From positions 2,208,001 through 2,272,000 of the forward strand of contig CAXXTU010000002.1 in assembly GCA_963662655.2 (NCBI GenBank): a stretch of DNA of 64,000 bases. Reading direction: 5' to 3'. The notes beneath the pieces are model-generated. The model had not been told where the DNA came from and made no database searches. It saw only the letters and a list, made by a program, of their open reading frames with translations. This document shows, piece after piece, positions 50,215 to 58,357 of the stretch. Position numbers and translations under genes: made by a program. Origin of the DNA: Candidatus Cloacimonadales bacterium (lineage in GTDB: Bacteria; Cloacimonadota; Cloacimonadia; Cloacimonadales; JAIOQZ01). Numbering within the stretch: the stretch's first letter is position 1; every line of letters begins with the position of its first letter.

Positions 50215-52212
50215 TTACGCCCTTACCGAGTCCTGTATCATCGCGACCACGCGATCGAGCGTAGCGAAGTGCAGCACGTCGTCGCCAACCGCGACCGATG
50301 GTCCCTTGTCGCATCTTTCGGTACAGAACGTTGCCCCGAGATCGACCTTCTGCGCCCAGTCCTTCTCCTCGATCGTCTTGAGAAGATTTGCCAGAAGATC
50401 ATGAGCGCCACGGAGATAGCAGCTTGTTCCAACGCATACGCGCACCTTGACGCGCTCCTGCGTCGAGGATCCGGTCAGAGAGATGCTCTCATCCGCAATG
50501 CGCTTGCGGCTGGTGTAGTGCGTGTGAAGCATTTTGTGCGCGACTTCGCTGTTGGGCTCGTCGAGCAGCGTGTCGTACAGTTCCTGAATAAACGGATTGC
50601 GGTGGGATTTCTTCAAGGGGCTGATCTTGTCTGTATTGGCGATAGCCTTCGCACGGGCCTGACGTTCTTCGGAGGAATGGACGATCGGTTGACCCGCTCC
50701 GCCGATGCACCCGCCCGGGCAGGCCATCACTTCCACGATGTCGTATTGCAGCTCGCCGCTGAGGACTTTTTCGGCAACGTACGCCGCGTTTTTCAGGCCA
50801 TGAACCACAGCCAACCGCAGGGTTGTTGACCCAAGCGTGATTTCCGTCTCCCGAATCCCTTTTATATCACGGATTTCATCCAGATCGATCGAATCGGGTC
50901 TCTCTTCGCCCAGCACATCAGCGGCATACCGCACGACAGCCTCGCTCACACCGCCGGTTTTACCGAAAAGGACGCCGGCTCCCGTTGCCATACCCATGGG
51001 CATGTCCATCGATTCCGGTTCCAGGGAAGCGAAGTCGATACCGGCTTCCTTGATCATGTTGCCCAGCTCCTGGGTCGTAAGCGCGAAATCGACATCCTGG
51101 AATCCGTCGGTGCGGAATTCCGGACGCGCGCACTCGTATTTCTTCGCCGTACACGGCATGATCGATACCACGGTGAGTTTTCCTTGGGGTATTCCCATCC
51201 TCTGCGGCAGCATGTTACGCGCCAGCGAGCCGAACATTTGCTGAGGCGAGCGGCAAGACGAGAGGTAAGGAAGCAGGTCGGGATGCGACTGCTCGGCGAA
51301 CTTCACCCAGGCCGGGCAGCAGGAGGTGAACACAGGGAGCTTCCCGGCAGCGCTCTTGCGCTTTAGTAGCTCGTTCGCTTCCTCGACAACAGTCAGATCG
51401 GCAGCGAACGAGGTGTCGAACACCAGATCGAATCCCAGCATGCGCATGGCAGCGACAATCTTACCGGTCGTGACTTCTCCCGAAGGCATGCCGAACATCT
51501 CGCCGATCGCCACCCGGACAGCCGGAGCGATCTGCGCGATCACCTTCTGATCGTTGTCTTGAATCGCTTCCCAGACTCCGCCTGTTTGCGAGCGGATAGT
51601 AATCGCGCCCACCGGGCAAACTGCCGCACACTGTCCGCAGTTCACGCAGCCGACATCGGCAAGGCTTTTGTTGAAGGCAGGAGACACCACCACGTCTTCG
51701 CCGCGGTTGGTAAAATCGATCGCCGCGATGCCCTGAATCTCGTCGCAGTAGCGAACGCAGTCACCGCAGAGAACGCATTTGTTGGGGTCGCGAACCAGAG
51801 CGATGGAGCCGAGGTCTTTCTCCTTGGGATTCTTGGTCTTGCGATAGCGCACGTTCTCTATGCCGAGCTTGGCGCTGAGAGAGCGCAGGCTGCAAGTTTC
51901 CGAACGCGCACAGGTCGGGCAGGCCTGGTCGTGGTTTGCCAGCAGCATTTCCACGATGTTCTTGCGCAGGCGTTGAATCTGCTTGGTGTGAGTGAACACC
52001 CGCATGCCTTCTCTTGGAGGTGTGGAGCAGGAGGTTACAATCCCCTTTCCTTCGATCTCCACCAGGCACAGACGGCACGCGCCGTAAACGCTGAGTTCGG
52101 AATGGTAACAAAATGTAGGGATATCGATGTGCGCCTTACGCGCGACGGCCAATATATTCTTCTCCCCTTCCAGAGGGATCGGGCGGTTGTTTATATAGAT
52201 AATGGGTTTCAT
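50215..52212 (-). CDS. hydA: [FeFe]-hydrogenase catalytic subunit with a C-terminal [2Fe-2S] domain
   Basis: N-terminal FeS domains; TSCCPAW, MPCTAKKYE and EVMACPGGC H-cluster motifs; C-terminal VCVGTSC...CTERCDKGP. Confidence 0.95.
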   Translation of the reverse strand: MKPIIYINNRPIPLEGEKNILAVARKAHIDIPTFCYHSELSVYGACRLCLVEIEGKGIVTSCSTPPREGMRVFTHTKQIQRLRKNIVEMLLANHDQACPTCARSETCSLRSLSAKLGIENVRYRKTKNPKEKDLGSIALVRDPNKCVLCGDCVRYCDEIQGIAAIDFTNRGEDVVVSPAFNKSLADVGCVNCGQCAAVCPVGAITIRSQTGGVWEAIQDNDQKVIAQIAPAVRVAIGEMFGMPSGEVTTGKIVAAMRMLGFDLVFDTSFAADLTVVEEANELLKRKSAAGKLPVFTSCCPAWVKFAEQSHPDLLPYLSSCRSPQQMFGSLARNMLPQRMGIPQGKLTVVSIMPCTAKKYECARPEFRTDGFQDVDFALTTQELGNMIKEAGIDFASLEPESMDMPMGMATGAGVLFGKTGGVSEAVVRYAADVLGEERPDSIDLDEIRDIKGIRETEITLGSTTLRLAVVHGLKNAAYVAEKVLSGELQYDIVEVMACPGGCIGGAGQPIVHSSEERQARAKAIANTDKISPLKKSHRNPFIQELYDTLLDEPNSEVAHKMLHTHYTSRKRIADESISLTGSSTQERVKVRVCVGTSCYLRGAHDLLANLLKTIEEKDWAQKVDLGATFCTERCDKGPSVAVGDDVLHFATLDRVVAMIQDSVRA

Positions 52213-52222
52213 CGTTCGCTCC

Positions 52223-54100
52223 TTAGGAAATCGCCTTGAATTTACAGATTTCGATACAGGCTCCGCATTTGATACACTTTCCGGGATCGATCACGTGCGG
52301 TTGTTTGACGGTTCCGGAGATTGCGCCCACCGGGCAGCTTCTCTTGCAAAGCGTACAGCCCACGCAGATTTTCGGATCGATGGTGATTGGGACCAGCGCG
52401 GAACACTCCCGAGTAGGACAATACTTTCCGTTCACGTGCGCTTCGTATTCGTCGCGGAAGTAACGCAGGGTCGATAGCACCGGACTTGGCGCGGATTTCC
52501 CCAGGCCGCAGAGCGAGGTGATTTTCACCGTCTCGGCCGTGTCTTCCAGAAGCGGAATCGTGGTCTCGTCCGCACGACCTTCGGTGATGTCCTCCAGGAG
52601 TTCCAGCATCTGGCGGGTTCCTTCGCGGCACGGGACGCACTTTCCGCAGCTCTCGTGCTGGGTGAATTTCATGAAGAAGGAGGCGATACGCACCATGCAG
52701 GTGCTCTTGTTCATCACCACCAGGCCCCCCGAGCCCACCATCGCGCCGATGGAAGAAAGCGAATCGAAATCGAGCGGGACATCGAGGTGTTCTTCGGTGA
52801 GGCAGCCGCCGGAAGGTCCGCCGATCTGCACCGCCTTGAACGCGGTGTTATCGATGTTGCCGTTCTCGTCGATCACGCCACCGCCGATATCGAAAACGAT
52901 CTCGCGGATGGTCGAACCGAACGGAACCTCGATGAGACCGGTGTTCACGACATGCCCCGTGAGAGCAAAAGCCTTGGTTCCGGGTGACTTCTCCGTTCCG
53001 ATGGAGCGGAATTTTTCCACGCCGTAACGGAGAATCTGCGGTACCGTCGCCAGCGTTTCAACGTTGTTGATGACCGTGGGCTTTCCGAAGAGTCCCACTT
53101 CTGCCGACCGCGGCGGTTTGGTACGAGGCATTCCCCGTCCGCCCTGGATGGAGGCGATCATGGCCGAGCCTTCGCCGCAGACGAACGCTCCCGCGCCTTC
53201 CATTACCTGGATGTCGAACGAATGGCCGGATCCGAAGATGTTATCGCCCAGGATGCCATGCGATTCCGCGTCCTTGATGGCCTTGCGGATCCGTTTGCAG
53301 GCCAGCGGGTATTCCATGCGGACATAGACGTACCCGTGATTCGCAATGGAACCCCTCGCCGCGATCAGCATACCTTCGATCACGCTGTGGGGATTCCCTT
53401 CGAGGATACTGCGATCCATAAACGCCCCCGGGTCGCCTTCGTCCCCATTGCAAATAATGTATTTATCTTCGGAAGCTTGCTTTCTCGAGAGATCCCATTT
53501 AACGCCAGCGGAAAAGCCGCCACCGCCTTTGCCCCTTAAACCTGCTTCTTTGTATGTCGTGCAAATGTCTTCCGGAGCGAGTTCGAGCCATGCCTTGCGA
53601 GCGGCTTCGTAGCCTCCACCCGCGATGTATTCGTCGATGCTCTCGGGGTCGATGTGACCACATTCCTTGAGCACGTTGCGGGTCTGTCTCGAATAAAACG
53701 GTATATCCTGGGTAGTCTTGCAAGGCGAATGATCGGCAGGGTTCTTGTAAAGCAGGCGGTCAACGGCTTTTCCGTTTTGCAGAGTGGTATGTACGATTTC
53801 CTCAGCATCTTCTGGCTTAACATGCGTATAGAGAAATCCTTCCGGTTCCACGGTAACCAATGGACCAACCTGACAGAAGCCCTGACATCCGCTCTGAGAG
53901 AGAAGCACGTCGTGTTTCTCCTCACCCCTGAGCTCGATCGTCACATCGAGGCCTCTCTCGGAAGCGATACGTTTGAGAGCCGCGTGAACCTTCAACGATC
54001 CGTTCGCGATACATCCCGTACCTGCGCAAATAATCACCCTTCGCTCGCAACCGGTGCGAGCCGTCTTGTATTTCAAGGCGATTTCGTTCAAGTTACACAT
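52223..54100 (-). CDS. hydB: Bifurcating hydrogenase diaphorase subunit (NuoF-like)
   Basis: N-terminal [2Fe-2S]; GDEGDPGAFMDR, NNVET, GGPSGG and ESCGKCVPCREG motifs; C-terminal 2x[4Fe-4S]. Confidence 0.93.
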   Translation of the reverse strand: MCNLNEIALKYKTARTGCERRVIICAGTGCIANGSLKVHAALKRIASERGLDVTIELRGEEKHDVLLSQSGCQGFCQVGPLVTVEPEGFLYTHVKPEDAEEIVHTTLQNGKAVDRLLYKNPADHSPCKTTQDIPFYSRQTRNVLKECGHIDPESIDEYIAGGGYEAARKAWLELAPEDICTTYKEAGLRGKGGGGFSAGVKWDLSRKQASEDKYIICNGDEGDPGAFMDRSILEGNPHSVIEGMLIAARGSIANHGYVYVRMEYPLACKRIRKAIKDAESHGILGDNIFGSGHSFDIQVMEGAGAFVCGEGSAMIASIQGGRGMPRTKPPRSAEVGLFGKPTVINNVETLATVPQILRYGVEKFRSIGTEKSPGTKAFALTGHVVNTGLIEVPFGSTIREIVFDIGGGVIDENGNIDNTAFKAVQIGGPSGGCLTEEHLDVPLDFDSLSSIGAMVGSGGLVVMNKSTCMVRIASFFMKFTQHESCGKCVPCREGTRQMLELLEDITEGRADETTIPLLEDTAETVKITSLCGLGKSAPSPVLSTLRYFRDEYEAHVNGKYCPTRECSALVPITIDPKICVGCTLCKRSCPVGAISGTVKQPHVIDPGKCIKCGACIEICKFKAIS

Positions 54101-54593
54101 CGTGCCCCTCCTGCTTTTTCAATTCGTTCACAATCTCGATGGCCTTATCTGGCGTTACCTGCCCATACACGTCGTCATCGACGACCAGAACAGGTGCGAG
54201 TCCGCATGCGCCGAGGCACGATACGGTTTCGAGCGTGAAAAGCATGTCCGGCGTGGTTTTCTTCTTCTCGTTGAGGCTCAGATGCTCTCGAAGGGCTGTG
54301 ATAATCTTGCCGGAACCTTTAACATGACAAGCGGTTCCGTCGCAAATCCGCAGAATGTGTTTACCCTTGGGTTCAAGTGAAAAGTGGCTGTAAAATGTTG
54401 CAACCCCATATATCTTGGCCGGCGAGACGCCCAAGGATGTCGCGACGAATACAAGCACCTCCTGGGGAAGATAGCGATACTCTTCCTGGACGGCCTGCAA
54501 TATCGGGATGATCATCTTCGGGTCCCGCTGGTGCTGATCGAGTATCTCGATCACCTTACGGAAACTACGGTTTGCTTGCAGGGTATCTGTCAT
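54093..54593 (-). CDS. hydC: Hydrogenase NuoE-like [2Fe-2S] subunit
   Basis: GVATFY, CDGTACHVKG and CLGACGLAP motifs. Confidence 0.93.
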   Translation of the reverse strand: MTDTLQANRSFRKVIEILDQHQRDPKMIIPILQAVQEEYRYLPQEVLVFVATSLGVSPAKIYGVATFYSHFSLEPKGKHILRICDGTACHVKGSGKIITALREHLSLNEKKKTTPDMLFTLETVSCLGACGLAPVLVVDDDVYGQVTPDKAIEIVNELKKQEGHDV

Positions 54594-54607
54594 TGTTTCT
54601 CCATGGT

Positions 54608-55249
54608 TTATTCAGATTGTTTCATCAGTTTGACGGCCAGCCTCTGAGAGAGTACGGCCAGGCTGGCATATAAATCGACATTCTCGACGATGATGTTTTC
54701 GGGGACAACAAGCTGAACCGGAGCAAAGTTCCAGATCGCCATGATTCCCGATGCGAGCATCATATCCGCCACAGACTGAGCTGCTTCCGGCGGCACCGTT
54801 ACAATCCCGATATGAACATGCAGACGCTGTGCGAGATTACTGAATTTTTCCATGGCAAAAACAGGGACATCATGAATCTTCGTATCTATTAGTATAGGGT
54901 TTGTATCGAATGCTGCAAGTATTTTCATCCCTTTGGTTTCGAAAATCTCGCGATAACCCATGATCGCGGAGCCGAGGTTTCCCGCTCCAACGATAAAGGC
55001 TTCCGAGGAGTCGTTCCAGTTCAGGAAATCACTGATCGCAAGAGCGAGCTCGTTCACCTTGTGGCCCACCTTTGGCACGCCTACTACACCTGTGGAAGCG
55101 AGATCTTTGCGAACCTGCGTCCTGTGCACTCCGGTGTGATTGGCCAGCGAGGTTGCCGAGATGTACTCCTGCTTATTCTTTTGCGCTTCCAGTATGATTT
55201 GCAGGTACTGGGACAGCCTTCTCAGGGTTAAAATCGATACCGGTTTCAT
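54608..55249 (-). CDS. rex: Redox-sensing transcriptional repressor Rex family
   Basis: RRL..Y, QVRKDL wHTH, VGAGNLG.A and IWNFAP motifs; AAGGAG RBS. Confidence 0.92.
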   Translation of the reverse strand: MKPVSILTLRRLSQYLQIILEAQKNKQEYISATSLANHTGVHRTQVRKDLASTGVVGVPKVGHKVNELALAISDFLNWNDSSEAFIVGAGNLGSAIMGYREIFETKGMKILAAFDTNPILIDTKIHDVPVFAMEKFSNLAQRLHVHIGIVTVPPEAAQSVADMMLASGIMAIWNFAPVQLVVPENIIVENVDLYASLAVLSQRLAVKLMKQSE

Positions 55250-55266
55250 GATGTCTCCTTTCATTT

Positions 55267-55284
55267 TCGATAGATTATTATCGA
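55267..55284. promoter_or_regulatory. 18-bp palindrome, candidate Rex operator upstream of rex-hyd
   Basis: TCGATA-GATTAT-TATCGA; the same pattern occurs three times upstream of adh. Confidence 0.6.
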
Positions 55285-55328
55285 TATGAATTTTGCCATT
55301 ACAACGTCAATGTTTTTCATTCAGAAAA

Positions 55329-55362
55329 GTACGGGAAGGACGCCTGGCATCCTTCCCTGTAC
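55329..55362 (-). terminator. Hairpin after adh, probable terminator
   Basis: GGGAAGGA-cgcctggca-TCCTTCCC followed by a short U tract on the minus strand. Confidence 0.6.
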
Positions 55363-55367
55363 CCTAT

Positions 55368-56579
55368 CTATTTCATCCTGTGCATACTGCTGGTGAAAAT
55401 GCGACGAATCACCTCATCGTCCGCCTTGACGGGCGCAATGCCGAGAAGTCCGTCCAGAGACGGAGTCGTCTTCGTCAGGTGAACCAGCTTGTCGATGTCC
55501 GCATCGGTATAGCCTTCGTCGGAAAGCTTGCGATCGATTCCCAAGCTGAACAGCCAGTCTTCGATAGCCTTCGCGACCATGTCGGCTTCTTCAGGAACGC
55601 CCTTGAGACCCGGGACGACCGGTGAGTAGATGTCGGCGAGAACTTTGGGGCGAGCCGGGTAGATTTCCTTGATCACGGCAGGCAGGATCATCGCCAGGCC
55701 AAGCCCGTGCGCCAGATCGGGTTTCACCGCGCTGAGCGGATGCTCAAGAGCATGTGTGAAGTGGAGGAGTCCGTTGTCGAAAGCGATTCCGGCGATTGCC
55801 GAGGCATACGTGAGAAAATAACGTGCCGTGAGGTCCTTTGGATCCTTCAGCGCGCGTGGGAGGTACTCGGCCACGAGGCTGATGGTTTCCTTGGCCATCA
55901 TCATGACGTAAGGGGTCGCAACGATGGTTGTCGCGGCTTCGGTCACGTGGTTGACCGCATCGATGCTCACGAATCGTGTCTGGTTTTCCGGAAGGCCGGT
56001 CATGAGGCCTGGATCATCGATTGCGTACAGAGGATAGATGCAATCGTATGCGATCGCCGGCTTGTATTCCTTGTCTGAGATGGTTACGACCGCGAAGCGA
56101 TTGACTTCGGTTCCGGTTCCGTGCGTGGTGTTGACAGCGATGATCGGTACGGCCTTGGCAGGAGCAAACTCGAATTCATAGAGGGAACGTGCTGTTTGAT
56201 TCGGGTATTCGAGGAGTATCGCGGTACTCTTTGCTGCATCGATGGGACTACCGCCACCAATACCGATCACCACTTGTGCCCCAAATTCTCTACCGATCGC
56301 GGTCGCTTCATCGACCTGCGCGTCGGTTGGATTCGGTGTTACACCGTTAAACAGTTTATAGTCTATATGATTTTCCTTGAGAGCTGCTTCGATAACATCC
56401 CAGGCGCCTGTTCTACGATAGGATGAGCCGCCGGTCATGACCAGCGCTTTGTTGATTCCAACACCCTTGAGTGTTGCTGCGATTTCCTTCATCTTGTTGA
56501 TGGCTCCGACTCCGAAGAAGTCGGTTGTGCGTGTTCTGAGTTCGAACACTTGATTGATATCGGTTTCATTCTTCCACAT
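55368..56579 (-). CDS. Iron-containing alcohol dehydrogenase (AdhA-like)
   Basis: VTPNP, IGGGSPIDAAK, NTTHGTGTE, DAVNH, HFTHALEH and HGLG motifs; AAGGAG RBS. Confidence 0.93.
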   Translation of the reverse strand: MWKNETDINQVFELRTRTTDFFGVGAINKMKEIAATLKGVGINKALVMTGGSSYRRTGAWDVIEAALKENHIDYKLFNGVTPNPTDAQVDEATAIGREFGAQVVIGIGGGSPIDAAKSTAILLEYPNQTARSLYEFEFAPAKAVPIIAVNTTHGTGTEVNRFAVVTISDKEYKPAIAYDCIYPLYAIDDPGLMTGLPENQTRFVSIDAVNHVTEAATTIVATPYVMMMAKETISLVAEYLPRALKDPKDLTARYFLTYASAIAGIAFDNGLLHFTHALEHPLSAVKPDLAHGLGLAMILPAVIKEIYPARPKVLADIYSPVVPGLKGVPEEADMVAKAIEDWLFSLGIDRKLSDEGYTDADIDKLVHLTKTTPSLDGLLGIAPVKADDEVIRRIFTSSMHRMK

Positions 56580-56596
56580 CTTTCACTCCTTTGTAT

Positions 56597-56658
56597 TCGT
56601 GATTTTTTTATCGATATATATTTATCGAGATTATAATCACGATATCCGCGTCAAGCAA
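56597..56658 (-). promoter_or_regulatory. adh sigma70-type promoter overlapped by three tandem 18-bp palindromes
   Basis: The minus strand reads TTGCTT-17 nt-TATAAT. Palindromes lie at 56597-56614, 56611-56628 and 56625-56642. Confidence 0.65.
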
Positions 56659-56898
56659 ATTTTTTCTTCAATTATTTTTTTGTGAGATGTAATCCAAGTA
56701 ATTATAGACGGTTACGAACGATAAAAAAAACGTGATATCCAGCGATCCAGACATTTTTCACGAAATTCCTTTGCAGCGATAAAGAATTCAATGGAAAAAG
56801 CCCTCCTTCCTTATTGGCAGATAATCTCCTTAATAAACTTGACACTTCCAGCAAGCCGCAATCTCTATTGTGTCAATTCGTTGAAGGATGGAATCGAT

Positions 56899-58119
56899 AT
56901 GCGTACGATCTACCTTATGTCAATTGCCATGATCCTCATCCTCGTGGCTGGCTGCGAAGACGACAGCGACAGCACGACCGGGCCGGCCGGGCCTCCTTCG
57001 ATCGATATCGTCATCCTTGTGGATGGCGCTGCCGTGGATACGCTTCGTATCACGGAGGAAAATGAGGGCGACACGATCCGCGTAATCCACGATAATGAGA
57101 TACTGGGAGAGCTTGAGTTCTCGATACTCGAGGTATCAAATTTGGATAACAATCCTGAGCTGCAAACCGTTTTCAATCTCCTCGCACGGAAAAATGGCTG
57201 CTTCACTCAAGGTTTTGCCTTCAGGCAAAACACGATATTCGAAATCGACTTTGCGACATCGTTCGTCCCATACGATCCCAGTACAAACTGCGGTGTTGTG
57301 GTTAGGAGTGGCGGTTTAGCGGACGGCTTCATGGGCTTACTCAAAGATAAGGATATCGAAATCCTGACGCCCGATTACATGAATAAAGATACCATCTACG
57401 TTGACGCAGACGGAAAGTTCATTACTGACCTCGAAGCCGGCGAATATGTTGCCCGGATACTGAATCCCTATCCCCTGCTGATGGATACGTCCTTTCAATT
57501 GGAATCCGGATACAACGAGTTAAATCTTCCCGTGGGATGTATGATCTGGGCCAAACCCAACATCTACCTCTATCCCACCGAAACAACCACGCTCGACGTG
57601 AGCATCGAGTTCCCGCAGGGAGGAAATGTCACCGTCTCCGATCCGCATTACCCTGATGAGTGGAGAAATATCAAGGTTGAGCCGGACGGCACCATCGACG
57701 GCGAGTACGGTTACTTGTTCTACGAAGCCGAGACACCGGCCATCGCCCAGCAGTCCGCTGGCTGGATCGTGGCACGCGAAGACCTGGAGGACTTCTTCGA
57801 CAACAACCTGCGTCGTACGGGCTTCAGCCAGGCGGAGATCGACGACTTTATCGAGTGGTGGATTCCCCGGCTGACAGATTCCGCTTACTACGCCCTCTAC
57901 CCGCAGTACAAGGAGCAGATCGATCCGGTCGTCGAGCTGAGGATATCACCGCAACCGGACAACATCCTGCGCCTTACCTACTATGTGGCTCCGCTCGATT
58001 CGCCCGATCTCGTGCTGGTTGAGCCGGCGATTCCAGCGTTCGACCGAACAGGCTTTGTGGTGGCCGAATGGGGTTTGATCCTCACCGAAGGTTCGCAGAA
58101 GCAGAACGCGAAAGAGTAA
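56899..58119 (+). CDS. Lipoprotein with a conserved uncharacterised C-terminal domain (KPxIYLYP type)
   Basis: Lipobox LVAGC; KPNIYLYP...YLFYE...EIDDFIEWW.P...R.GF..AEWG. Confidence 0.8.
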   Translation: MRTIYLMSIAMILILVAGCEDDSDSTTGPAGPPSIDIVILVDGAAVDTLRITEENEGDTIRVIHDNEILGELEFSILEVSNLDNNPELQTVFNLLARKNGCFTQGFAFRQNTIFEIDFATSFVPYDPSTNCGVVVRSGGLADGFMGLLKDKDIEILTPDYMNKDTIYVDADGKFITDLEAGEYVARILNPYPLLMDTSFQLESGYNELNLPVGCMIWAKPNIYLYPTETTTLDVSIEFPQGGNVTVSDPHYPDEWRNIKVEPDGTIDGEYGYLFYEAETPAIAQQSAGWIVAREDLEDFFDNNLRRTGFSQAEIDDFIEWWIPRLTDSAYYALYPQYKEQIDPVVELRISPQPDNILRLTYYVAPLDSPDLVLVEPAIPAFDRTGFVVAEWGLILTEGSQKQNAKE

Positions 58120-58357
58120 TTCCAGATTCAAATATCTCACGTTGTTTACACAAATTACAGACGGTTTCTTGCTCCGATTCCCTTTAATCGCCTTCTTTGG
58201 ATTCGATGAAAAACCAATAGCATTCAAAGTAACAATGTAATAATTATTTTAAAATTGTTTTTCAGGCCAAACATTGTATTATTTATATTGAGAAAATATC
58301 GTATTATTATGGACATTTTACATGAAAGTAATCTAACTGTAACAAAATGGAGGTTCC

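Noticed and set aside
52223..54593. Complex I nuoE/nuoF
   Set aside because: The genes are adjacent to an H-cluster subunit with no membrane nuo genes, so they are hydrogenase subunits.
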